Translations under genes and position numbers: made by a program
From: Kiritimatiellia bacterium
Lineage (GTDB): Bacteria > Verrucomicrobiota > Kiritimatiellia > CAIQIC01 > JAGNIJ01
Assembly: GCA_018001225.1 (NCBI GenBank)
Contig: JAGNIJ010000001.1
Span: 155,384-219,383 of the forward strand
DNA length: 64,000 nucleotides
Direction of reading: 5' to 3'
Notes under the pieces: model-generated
Seen by the model: only the letters and a program-made list of their open reading frames with translations
Database searches by the model: none
What the model was told of the DNA's origin: nothing
Shown here: positions 32,706 through 41,677 of the stretch, in pieces
Layout: each line of letters begins with the position of its first letter
Position numbering within the stretch: the first letter of the stretch is position 1

Positions 32706-35675
32706 ATGGCTCGATGGCGTCCCATTTTACCGGTTCTCATCGCCCTGACCTGCCTGTCCGGCGGCCTGCTGATCGCCCAGCGCGACAGCATCCCCGAGTC
32801 GTTCTCGCTCTCCAGCACCGTCCCGTTCGAGCAGCTTTCCAAGGCCGCGCGCGGCGCCGACGGCACCCTGGCCGTGGTGCTGGACTCCAACAAACGCATT
32901 GCCCGCGTCGCGCCCGACGGGACCCTGACCTGGCTCATCGCGGCCATCAATGACCCGCAGAAGGGTTTCTTCTTCGCCAACGAACTCACGTTCGACCCCG
33001 CCGGGAACCTGTACGTGGCCAGCACGTACATCGATACCGCCACCTTGACGGTCAACCGCGAGGCCGTCGTGCGGTTCTCCGCCGAAGGCCGTCCCGAGGC
33101 CGTTCTCTACTCGATCGAGCACTCCCCCGACCAGTACACCGACAACATCGGCCTGATCCGGTCTCTCCAGTGGACGCCGGACGGCCTGCGCTTCTGCCTC
33201 GCCCGCGAGGACGGCATCCACAGCGTGCTGGTCGATTCCGCCGGGGCCGCCCCGGCGCGGGAAACCGTCACGCCGTACCCCGGCGATGCACCCATTGTGA
33301 TCTATGCCACGATCTCCGCCGACGGCCGCGAGCTGGCCTACTCCACCGCCGCCACGGAAATCTACACCGCGACGCCGGACCGGGCGCCCGTCCAGCGCTA
33401 CGACGGCCGCGACATGCCCGACGAGGTGGTGTCGATCCCGTCCGACCTGCATTACCTGGACGGCCAACTGTACTTCTCTGATCTGGGCCGCGACGCCATC
33501 ATGCGCCTGACGGGCGATAATGCGGCCGAACCGATCTTCAACCGCGACGTCGCCGCGGCCCTCGGCTACGCGGACGACTTCTACGAGTGCAAGAGCTTCC
33601 AGCTCACCCCGGACGACCTCGTGCTGCCGAACAACGGCAAGGTGGTCCATTTCCATACCCGCGCGCCCGCCGCCATCACCACCACGGATCACGCGCGGGG
33701 CAACGCCGCGCTATGGATCCGGCGGGCTGCGATCTGGCTGCCGCTGGCGCTCTTCGCCCTTGGCGCGGGCGCGCTGGTGTTCCTGGCCATCCGCCACGCC
33801 TCCTCCGACGGCCGCCGCATGGCCAAGCAGATCGCCCTGGTGGTCCTGATGATCGGCACCGCCGTGGGCATCACCACCTACATGATCTTCAACAACATGA
33901 GCCGCCGCCTCGCGGAGGAGGCCCGCAACAACCTGCGCGGCTACCTGGAGGTCGGCCGCCTCGTGGTGGATGCCGACGCCGTCGACCGCATCCAGCACGT
34001 CAAGCATTACATGAACGCCGATTACCAGGCCGTGCTGAAGGAACTCCGCCAGACCATCACCCGTGAAGGCGTCATCGATCCGAGCACCTATTCCGGCGTC
34101 TACAAGGTTTTCGGGGACAAGCTCTCGGCCCTGGCCTACCACGACGGCCTGCGCGGCATCTTCTATCCCTACGATTACCAGTACGGAAAATCCATCTATG
34201 CCGAGGTGGCCCGGACCGGCACCCCCTACGTCGGCGAGATTGTGGATATCTACGGGGTCTGGCTCAACGGCGTGGTGCCGCTCGTGAATTCCAACGGCGT
34301 CACCGTCGGCCTGCTCGAGGTCGGCGTGGACCAGTCCGCCCAGCGCGAGGCCAACCGGGCCCTCTTCAAGAGCACGCTGATGGACCTGGCCATGGTCCTC
34401 TTCGTGCTGCTGTTCATCTTCTTCGAAATCGGCTTCTTCAGCTCCCACGTGTTGGACCGCGCCGACCGCCGCGACGCCGCCGCCGGCCAGCGCTACGACG
34501 AAGGCGCCCTGCGGTTCGTGTCGTTCCTGGCCCTCACCGGCGTTTTTCTCTCCGCCTCGTTCCTGCCGCTCTACAGCAAGTCGCTGGCCCCCGCCCTCGG
34601 CCGCATCCCGTTCGACGTCGTGATCGGCCTGCCCATGGTGATCGAAACCCTCTGCGGCGCCGTGATCGCGCTGCTCTATGGCCATGTCCGCCTCCGCGCG
34701 GGACTCAAGACGGATGTCGTGCTGGCCTGCCTCGTCATCACCGGCGGCATGGTCGTGACCGCCCTCTCGGACACGTTCGCCCGCCTGATCGCCGGCCGCG
34801 TTCTCGTCGGCATGGGCATGGGCCTCCTGATGATAGCCTTCCGCACCTATTTCCTGATCGAAAAGGACGAAGCCCGGAAGGAATCCGGCATCATCGCGCT
34901 GACGGCCGGGGTCGTCGCCGGCATCAACGTCGGCTCGGTTTCCGGGGGCATGCTCGCCGCGCGCGTGGGGATGAGGCCGGTCTTTGCCATCCAGGCCGCG
35001 CTGCTGGTGCTGGCGGCCGTCGCCGCCCTGGCCCTGGTTCGGAAACGCCGCCGCAGGCCGGCCGGCGACCGGGCCGCGGGAGCGCCCTCCTCGTGGGCTT
35101 TTCTCCTCGACCGCGCCGTCTGGAGCTTCTTCCTCTTCATCTTCCTGCCCGTGACGGCCTGCGGGCTGTTTCTCGGATTCCTTTTCCCGCTCTTCGCCGA
35201 ATCCCAGGGCTGCTCGATCAATGAAATCAGCCTGGCGTTCATGATGTTCGGCGCGGCCAGCGTGTATCTCGGCCCCGCCCTGACCCGGCTGGCCACGAAC
35301 CTGTTCGGCGCGCGCCGCGCGATGCCCATCGGGGCGCTGGTCATGACCGCCGCCCTGCTGCTGTTCGCCGCGCTCCGGACCCTCGCCGCGGCCTATGCCA
35401 CCATCATCCTCTTCGGCCTGACCGAAAGCCTGCTCTTCAACCAGGGCCTTTCGTACTACTCCTCGCTCCCGGGCGTCCGCCGCTTCGGCGAAGACAAGGC
35501 CATGGGCATCTACAACCTCTTCGAATCCGGCGGCGAGGCCATGGGCCCGATGGCCTTCGGCCTGGCCGCCAGCCTCAACCTGGGCCTCGGCATCTTCGCC
35601 ATTGCCGGCGCCCTGGGCGTCTGCGCCGTCGTCTTCTGGGCCGTCAGCCCGCGCCCCGGGGGAGACCGTCCGTGA
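32706..35675 (+). CDS. multidomain membrane protein: periplasmic beta-propeller-like domain, a Cache-like extracytoplasmic domain and an MFS-transporter-like 12-TM C-terminus
   Basis: Signal/anchor, about 300 aa of propeller-like repeats, then two TM helices, then about 200 aa extracytoplasmic (...YPYDYQYGKSIYAEV...GVWLNGVVPLVNSNGVTVGLLEVGVD), then 10-12 TM helices with MFS-like spacing. It is translationally coupled to the downstream PP2C gene. Confidence 0.55.
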   Translation: MARWRPILPVLIALTCLSGGLLIAQRDSIPESFSLSSTVPFEQLSKAARGADGTLAVVLDSNKRIARVAPDGTLTWLIAAINDPQKGFFFANELTFDPAGNLYVASTYIDTATLTVNREAVVRFSAEGRPEAVLYSIEHSPDQYTDNIGLIRSLQWTPDGLRFCLAREDGIHSVLVDSAGAAPARETVTPYPGDAPIVIYATISADGRELAYSTAATEIYTATPDRAPVQRYDGRDMPDEVVSIPSDLHYLDGQLYFSDLGRDAIMRLTGDNAAEPIFNRDVAAALGYADDFYECKSFQLTPDDLVLPNNGKVVHFHTRAPAAITTTDHARGNAALWIRRAAIWLPLALFALGAGALVFLAIRHASSDGRRMAKQIALVVLMIGTAVGITTYMIFNNMSRRLAEEARNNLRGYLEVGRLVVDADAVDRIQHVKHYMNADYQAVLKELRQTITREGVIDPSTYSGVYKVFGDKLSALAYHDGLRGIFYPYDYQYGKSIYAEVARTGTPYVGEIVDIYGVWLNGVVPLVNSNGVTVGLLEVGVDQSAQREANRALFKSTLMDLAMVLFVLLFIFFEIGFFSSHVLDRADRRDAAAGQRYDEGALRFVSFLALTGVFLSASFLPLYSKSLAPALGRIPFDVVIGLPMVIETLCGAVIALLYGHVRLRAGLKTDVVLACLVITGGMVVTALSDTFARLIAGRVLVGMGMGLLMIAFRTYFLIEKDEARKESGIIALTAGVVAGINVGSVSGGMLAARVGMRPVFAIQAALLVLAAVAALALVRKRRRRPAGDRAAGAPSSWAFLLDRAVWSFFLFIFLPVTACGLFLGFLFPLFAESQGCSINEISLAFMMFGAASVYLGPALTRLATNLFGARRAMPIGALVMTAALLLFAALRTLAAAYATIILFGLTESLLFNQGLSYYSSLPGVRRFGEDKAMGIYNLFESGGEAMGPMAFGLAASLNLGLGIFAIAGALGVCAVVFWAVSPRPGGDRP

Positions 35676-37270
35676 ATCTGGTGGCGTGGTATCGCCGGCA
35701 ACCCATCCGGCGCAAAATCTTCATCCCCTTCTTCGGCATCACCCTGTTCTCGTCCACCCTCTTCACCCTCTACGGCTTTAAACAGAACGTGAAAGCCATC
35801 CAGGACGGGATCGACAAGCGCCTGCTCATCGCCGCGACCACGATGCCCCAGCTTCTGCCCGCGGACTACTTCGAGCGCGTCCGGGATCCCGGCAGCATCG
35901 CCGGGGAGGAGCACTGGAACAACACGCGGCGGCTGGACATTTTCCTGCACAACATCGGCGGCACCTACCTCTATGCCCTGCACCAGGAGAGCAATCGCTA
36001 CTACTTCGTGGCCTCCGCTGACACCGGCACGCCGTACTGGGTGCAGTACACGAATCCGGCCCCCAACATCTACGAGGTCCAGAAGGACTGGAAGGTCAAC
36101 ATCTCCACGACCCCCGACCCGGATTTTGGCCTGCTGCGCTCGGTCGTGATGGGCTTCAGGGATTCGTCCGGCCGCCGCTTCATCGTCGGCGCCGACATCC
36201 ATGCCTACGAGGTGCAGGCGCTCAAGCGCCGCGCCTTCCTGAACTTTTTCCTGATGGGCGCCGCCAGCTTCCTCATGGCCATCCTCTTCAGCTACGCCGC
36301 GAGCTATTCCATCACCCGGCCCCTGAACCGGCTTTCGAACTTCACCCGCCGCCTGGTCGAGGGCGAGTTCTCCAACGACATCCGCCTGAATCCCGCCCTC
36401 TTCCCCGACGGCAACCGGACCAGGGCGGAAACCGCCATCCTGGCCTACGACTTCGACCGTATGCAGTCGAACCTGGCCGGGCACATCGAACAACTCAAGC
36501 TGACCCAGTCGGCCCGGGAACGCGCCGAAAGCGAACTGCGCATCGCCGGCCAGATTCAGGAAACCTTCCTGCCCGGCCCGTTCGACCCCGCGGTGCTGGG
36601 CGGGCGCGTCCAGCTCCAGGCCGTCATGAAGACCGCCAAGCAGGCCGGCGGCGACTTGTACGACTATTTCCCGCTCGACGCCGACCACCTGTTCTTCGCC
36701 GTCGGCGACGTCTCGGGCAAGGGCATGCCCGCCGCCTTGTTCATGTCGGCCGTGGTCGTCCTGCTGCGGTCCGCCGCCAAGCAGTGGCGCGATCCGGCCG
36801 ATATCCTGCGGCATGTCAACGACGATCTCGCCATCCGCAACGAAAGCTGCACGTTCGTGACCCTCTTCATCGGCATCCTCGATGTCCGCACCGGCGAGGT
36901 GGTTTTCGCCAACGGCGGCCACAACCCGCCGCGCCGCCGTACGGCCGACGGGACCGTCGCCGCCGTGCCGGCCAAGCCCAACATGGTCGTCGGCGCCCTG
37001 GACGGACGGACCTTTGCCCACGATACCTTGAGCCTGCAGCCCGGCGACACCCTCATCCTCTACACCGACGGCATCACCGAGGCGTTCGACGAGGCGGAGC
37101 GCCTGTACGGCGGGGAGCGCATGGACCGCCGGCTGGCCTCTTTCCCGCCGGAGTCATCCGTGGCGGATATTCTCCATGGCGTGGTGGCCGACGTCGCGGC
37201 CTTCAGCGGCGCGCGTGAACAGTCCGACGACATCACGATGCTGGTGGTGCGTTATAACCCCGGCCCGTAG
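35672..37270 (+). CDS. sensor-domain PP2C-family serine phosphatase (SpoIIE/RsbU-like)
   Basis: N-terminal TM, Cache-like periplasmic domain, second TM and HAMP-like region. C-terminal PP2C with the GDVSGKGMPAAL motif and the DGITEA metal-binding motif. The GTG start overlaps the upstream stop (GTGA). Confidence 0.8.
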   Translation: MNLVAWYRRQPIRRKIFIPFFGITLFSSTLFTLYGFKQNVKAIQDGIDKRLLIAATTMPQLLPADYFERVRDPGSIAGEEHWNNTRRLDIFLHNIGGTYLYALHQESNRYYFVASADTGTPYWVQYTNPAPNIYEVQKDWKVNISTTPDPDFGLLRSVVMGFRDSSGRRFIVGADIHAYEVQALKRRAFLNFFLMGAASFLMAILFSYAASYSITRPLNRLSNFTRRLVEGEFSNDIRLNPALFPDGNRTRAETAILAYDFDRMQSNLAGHIEQLKLTQSARERAESELRIAGQIQETFLPGPFDPAVLGGRVQLQAVMKTAKQAGGDLYDYFPLDADHLFFAVGDVSGKGMPAALFMSAVVVLLRSAAKQWRDPADILRHVNDDLAIRNESCTFVTLFIGILDVRTGEVVFANGGHNPPRRRTADGTVAAVPAKPNMVVGALDGRTFAHDTLSLQPGDTLILYTDGITEAFDEAERLYGGERMDRRLASFPPESSVADILHGVVADVAAFSGAREQSDDITMLVVRYNPGP

Positions 37271-37385
37271 GCCGGCGCCCGAAGACCGGCTCGGGACGCC
37301 TCCCCGCGCCGCGCCAACTGGACGGTTGAGTTTCGCGGAGCGCGGGGGTAGCATCCCGGCTGCTTTTTCACGAAGAGGAGTCGCC

Positions 37386-39089
37386 ATGAAACACCGCCTT
37401 GCCTCCCTGCTGCTCTGCGCGGCCGCCCCCGGCGTTTTTGCCGCCAGCCCCGTCCGGGAACCCGTCTCCTTCCGATACGCCTGGGACGTCGGGTTCGGGC
37501 GCAGCGTGTTCGTCGTCGGCAGCCACGACGACCTCGGCGCGTGGAGCCCGGAGGCCGCGGTCAAGCTGTACTGGACCGCCGGCAACGTCTGGACCGGGCA
37601 GGTCGCCGTGCAGGCCGGCGCGGCCCTGGAGTACAAGTTCATCGCCCGCACCAACTCGGCCGAACAGTACTGCAACGGCGACAACGTCGAGTGGATGGCC
37701 GGCACGAACTGGCCCGCGCAGGTCGCCGAGCAGCCCGACGCGCCGTACACCGGCAAGACCATCCTCTACCACAGCGGCTGGACCAACGCCGGGCTCGTGT
37801 ACCGCGTCGGGACGAACTGGTACGGGGCGGCGATGGAGCGCCTCGGGGCCGGTCGGAGCGGCGGAGAGTATCTGTACCAAGCCTCGGGCTTCGGCGTGGA
37901 AGGTGAGCCGATCGAGTTTGTTCCATACGGCCACGCCGGCGGCGTCCAGTACTGGGACCACGCGCCCTATGGCGGCTACGGCGACAGCAACTACTACACG
38001 ACGCTGGACGTGTTTTTCCTGCAGGACGGGCACGTCTTCAACTACCGGCCGCCGACCAACGTATCGGCCAGCCGGATCATCGGCACGAACGTGACATCGA
38101 GCTGGGCGCCGACGATCCCCTCGCGCGGCGTCCGCATCTACCTCCCGCGCGGCTACGACCAGAACACGTGGAAGCATTACCCGGCGCTCTACATGCACGA
38201 CGGCACCAACGTGTTCCAGCCCGGCGGCGCGTACGGTTGCTGGGACGCCGATATCCTCGCCGACCAAGAGATCAGCCAGGGCCGCATGCGTGAGTGCATC
38301 ATCGTGGCGGTGGACACCACGCCCAAACGCGACTCGGAGTACTGCCCGCCCGGCGACCAGTATGGGCCCGAGCCGGGCACGGGCGACCAGTACGCCAACT
38401 TTCTCGTGCACAATGTCCGCCCCATGGTGGACACTCATTTCCGGACGCTGAACGACTTCGACAACACGCTCACGGCGGGCTCGTCCATGGGCGGCCTGAT
38501 CAGCGCCTACCTCGGCCTCGCCACCAACGTCTTCAGCAAGATCGGGGCCTTCTCCCCCGCGTTCCTCGTCGCGCCGAATTTCATGGCCTGGATGGACGCG
38601 CAGGACACCCGGGGCGTGCGCATGTACATGGACGACGGCACCGTGGACCTCGAGGTCGACCTGTGGCCGGACACGTGGGGCGCCTATGACCTGCTGATGC
38701 AGGACGGGTATGTCCCCAACGATGACCTGCTCATGGTCGTCGGCTGCGGGCAGACCCACAACGAGGCCGCGTGGGCCTCGCGCCTGCCGCGGGTCTACCA
38801 GTACCTGTTGAGCCTGTGGGACGAGCCAAACCTGCTGGCCCAGGAAGAATACCCGCCGGAGGTCGGGCTGGCCGGCTCGACGAACTACGCCGTCGCCTTC
38901 ACCGCCCTGCGCGGGCGGACCTACGCGCTGGAACGCTCGCTGACGCTGGCCGGCGGCTCCTGGAGCAACGCCGGCTCGCTCGCGGAGGAATCGATGCCCT
39001 GGGCGCCGCGCTCGATCGCCGACACGAATCCTCCCGCGGTCAGCGGGCCCGTGTTCTACCGCGTCTCGGCGGGCGCCTGGCCGCCGTAA
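37386..39089 (+). CDS. secreted CBM20 (starch-binding) domain fused to an esterase-family (PF00756-like) alpha/beta hydrolase
   Basis: Signal peptide MKHRLASLLLCAAAPGVFA. CBM20-like VSFRYAWDVGFGRSVFVVGSHDDLGAWSPEAAVKLYW...YKFI. Esterase-family GxSxG (AGSSMGGL) with upstream ...YLPRGYD...YPALYMHDG. Confidence 0.7.
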   Translation: MKHRLASLLLCAAAPGVFAASPVREPVSFRYAWDVGFGRSVFVVGSHDDLGAWSPEAAVKLYWTAGNVWTGQVAVQAGAALEYKFIARTNSAEQYCNGDNVEWMAGTNWPAQVAEQPDAPYTGKTILYHSGWTNAGLVYRVGTNWYGAAMERLGAGRSGGEYLYQASGFGVEGEPIEFVPYGHAGGVQYWDHAPYGGYGDSNYYTTLDVFFLQDGHVFNYRPPTNVSASRIIGTNVTSSWAPTIPSRGVRIYLPRGYDQNTWKHYPALYMHDGTNVFQPGGAYGCWDADILADQEISQGRMRECIIVAVDTTPKRDSEYCPPGDQYGPEPGTGDQYANFLVHNVRPMVDTHFRTLNDFDNTLTAGSSMGGLISAYLGLATNVFSKIGAFSPAFLVAPNFMAWMDAQDTRGVRMYMDDGTVDLEVDLWPDTWGAYDLLMQDGYVPNDDLLMVVGCGQTHNEAAWASRLPRVYQYLLSLWDEPNLLAQEEYPPEVGLAGSTNYAVAFTALRGRTYALERSLTLAGGSWSNAGSLAEESMPWAPRSIADTNPPAVSGPVFYRVSAGAWPP

Positions 39090-39111
39090 TGCCCTGGAGT
39101 GCCGGCGGCAA

Positions 39112-39134
39112 GGCCCCGACGCCAGGTCGGGGCC
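39112..39134. terminator. GC-rich hairpin between the convergent esterase and U32 genes (candidate bidirectional terminator)
   Basis: Perfect 9-bp stem GGCCCCGAC / GTCGGGGCC with a 5-nt loop, 22 nt after the esterase stop. There is no U-tract, so this is not a canonical intrinsic terminator. Confidence 0.35.
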
Positions 39135-39194
39135 GCGACGCCGCTCCGGCTCCTGTAGCGGCGCCGCGCTGCGTTTGGCGCCGCACCCCGAGCG

Positions 39195-41558
39195 TCACGC
39201 CAACCCCCGTTCGAAATTTCCCCGATGGCTTCCGCGCGGCGCGCGGCCGGCCCGCACCTGCCGCCATAGATCGCGGACCTCTTCCGGCGAATACGGCCGC
39301 CACGAGAAGTCCGCCCTGAAATGCCGCGCGCCCGCGGCTTCGAGTTCAGGCAGCCGGTCGGCCAGGCAGAACGGCGAGCGGTTGACCACGATCATACGGC
39401 ATTTCCGGTTCACGGCCAGCAGCCGGTCATTGTGGGAGGATCGCAGCTCGATCTGCCGGAACTCGCACGCGGCCGGACCCGGGCAGCGCCCGTCCCGCGC
39501 GACTTGGATGCAGTTCTCGGCGATGTACAGCGGCGTGTCCTGGGACACGATCACCCCCGCCCGCGCGCCGAACCGCGCCAGCAACTCGCGCATGTTCTCC
39601 AGCCCATCCTCCGGCGAGAGCAGGAACCGCCGCGCGCCCATGTCCAGCACCTGCGCGGCCGCCGAGGTGTTCATGACATACACCGACCAGTCCGTCGAGA
39701 GATCGGGCCCGCCCTCCCATGACCCCAGCCCCGCCGCCTCCCACTTTGACCAACCCGCCGCGCGGAGCGCCTCGACGCGTTTCCACATTTCCGCCGCTTC
39801 CCAAGACCGGACGATCAGCGGCAGGGCGATGCGCAGGCGCTCGCGGCCGATTTTCCCGGCCAGACCTTCAAACGCGGACAGCGCCGGGACAACGACCTCT
39901 TCCGCGGCCTGCCAGTCCGGGTCGTCGAAGGCGGCCAGGGCGGACGGGTCGTCCACCTTGAGGCTCCACGTCACCGCGGCGGACACCTTGTCCGCGGGAA
40001 CATCTTTCTCCAGCGATGATCGAACAACTTCCACGCGCCGGGCGTGCGATTCCTGGCGCCGGGCCTCCAGCGCGCTCATCAACTCCCGGCGTAATGCGTT
40101 GAGCCGGGATACCGGGACAAACAAGCCCGCCGGATTCCGCAGTTCCAGGGACGCCAGCTCGAAACGGGTGTCGCCGAGCTTCTCGAACGCCTGCTTCGCC
40201 GCGAGTTCGGTCTTCGCGACATCCTTGGCCGGCTCGAACAGGCCCGGCAGGACGGCCTCCGCCGCGATGTCCCCGCCGGCATCGGCGCGGGCTGTCAACG
40301 CGTCGGGCTTCAGGTCCAGTTCCACGCGAACCGGCCGCCGCGCGCGGAATACGCCGGGCCGCGGCATCTCGAAGCGGTACTTTCTTTTCACGGCCTGCGA
40401 GGAGGAGCAGTAAACCGTCGCGCCCGCCGGAATGGGCGGATGGTCCGCCGGCAGGCCCACCTCGAGCTCGCCCGCGGGCGCTTCAAATGCGGAACGCCCT
40501 TTTACCCGCAACGCATCCACGGGAAACCCGAACGGTCGGTCCTGTCCGGGCAGGTCGATCTGCAGGCCGTCGTGCCGTTCGATCGGACGCGTCGCGGCAA
40601 TCCGCAGCCACGATGTTCCGCCCTTGTCATGCCGCAAGCCCTCTGCCGCTCCTGCCGGCGTGCCGCGATGGCCCACCGTTTCCGTATCCACGACGTCTCC
40701 GCCGCGCCGGTCTTCGACGTGCAGCTCGGTCCACGGCCGGCTGAAGATGGACTGGATGTCCGCCTCGCATTCCGCGCGGCCCGCCGCGTCGAGCGTCCCG
40801 TCCAGCAGCCGGCGATAGAAGTTGACCGTCGCGGCGACGTAGAGCGGGCCTTTCATGCGGCCTTCGATCTTGCAGGAGGCCACGCCCGCGGCGCGCAGGG
40901 CCGCGATGGCGTCCGGCAGGGCCAGATCCTTCATGTTGAAAAGGAATGATCCCTGTTTTTCCCCGGCGATGGCGAACCGGTCGCGGCAGAGGTAGGCGCA
41001 CCGCCCGCGGTTGCCGCTGCGGCCCAGCGCGTGGGACGACATCAGGCACAGCCCGCTATAGGCGTAGCAGAGCGTGCCGTGGATGAAGACCTCGGTCTCG
41101 ATCCCGGGCACGGCCGCGCAGTCGCGGACCTCGTCCAGCGTCAGCTCGCGGGCCAGCGTCGCGCGGGCGAAGCCCAGCTCCCGCAGCCTTTCCACGCCCG
41201 CGCGGTTGTGCACGGCCATCTGCGTGCTGGCATGGAGCCGGAATTCCGGGAAATGCTTTTTCGCCAGCCGGTACACGCCGAGATCCTGCACGATCAGCGC
41301 GTCCACGCCGATTTCCGAGAGCGCGCCGAGCGCCTCGATTACGCCGGCCAGATCGCGCTCCAGAACCAGCGTGTTGAGCGCGGCGAACACGCGGCGGCGG
41401 GGCACGAGGGAGTGCGCGTAGGCGGTGATCGCGTCGATGTCGTCCAGGGAGAAGTTGACCGCCTCCGCGCGCGCGGAGAACTGCGGCAGGCCGAGGTAGA
41501 TCGCATCCGCGCCGTACGCCAGCGCGGCATAGCCCGCCTCCGGCCCGCCGGCGGGGGC
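39195..41558 (-). CDS. U32-family peptidase (long form, tandem U32 domains; YegQ/RlhA-like)
   Basis: Peptidase U32 signature EVFIHGTLCYAYSGLCLMSS and a second U32-like domain. The likely start is MAPAGGPEAGY... (about 41558). The ORF-track N-terminus (MENCPCFFPIIGK...) is a translation of the upstream palindromic repeats and is rejected. Confidence 0.75.
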   Translation of the reverse strand, partial: APAGGPEAGYAALAYGADAIYLGLPQFSARAEAVNFSLDDIDAITAYAHSLVPRRRVFAALNTLVLERDLAGVIEALGALSEIGVDALIVQDLGVYRLAKKHFPEFRLHASTQMAVHNRAGVERLRELGFARATLARELTLDEVRDCAAVPGIETEVFIHGTLCYAYSGLCLMSSHALGRSGNRGRCAYLCRDRFAIAGEKQGSFLFNMKDLALPDAIAALRAAGVASCKIEGRMKGPLYVAATVNFYRRLLDGTLDAAGRAECEADIQSIFSRPWTELHVEDRRGGDVVDTETVGHRGTPAGAAEGLRHDKGGTSWLRIAATRPIERHDGLQIDLPGQDRPFGFPVDALRVKGRSAFEAPAGELEVGLPADHPPIPAGATVYCSSSQAVKRKYRFEMPRPGVFRARRPVRVELDLKPDALTARADAGGDIAAEAVLPGLFEPAKDVAKTELAAKQAFEKLGDTRFELASLELRNPAGLFVPVSRLNALRRELMSALEARRQESHARRVEVVRSSLEKDVPADKVSAAVTWSLKVDDPSALAAFDDPDWQAAEEVVVPALSAFEGLAGKIGRERLRIALPLIVRSWEAAEMWKRVEALRAAGWSKWEAAGLGSWEGGPDLSTDWSVYVMNTSAAAQVLDMGARRFLLSPEDGLENMRELLARFGARAGVIVSQDTPLYIAENCIQVARDGRCPGPAACEFRQIELRSSHNDRLLAVNRKCRMIVVNRSPFCLADRLPELEAAGARHFRADFSWRPYSPEEVRDLWRQVRAGRAPRGSHRGNFERGLA

Positions 41559-41594
41559 CATCAGCTCGATGGAATCACGGGTGTTCAAGACCGA

Positions 41595-41677
41595 TTTTCC
41601 AATGATTGGAAAAAAACACGGACAATTTTCCAAACATTGGAAAAATTATGCCCCCTTTTTTCCAAACATTGGAAAAC
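41595..41677. promoter_or_regulatory. three tandem 31-32 bp repeats, each carrying the palindrome TTTTCCAA-N3-TTGGAAAA, in the purB-U32 intergenic region / U32 promoter
   Basis: Seen directly: TTTTCCAATGATTGGAAAAA (41595-41613), TTTTCCAAACATTGGAAAAA (41626-41645) and TTTTTTCCAAACATTGGAAAAC (41656-41677). Core spacing is 31 and 32 bp. The region is AT-rich within a roughly 67% GC context. Confidence 0.5.

Noticed and set aside
41559-41633. N-terminal extension of the U32 peptidase ORF (MENCPCFFPIIGKSVLNT...).
   Set aside because: It is a translation of the AT-rich tandem palindromic repeats. Conserved U32 sequence starts at the downstream Met (MAPAGG...).
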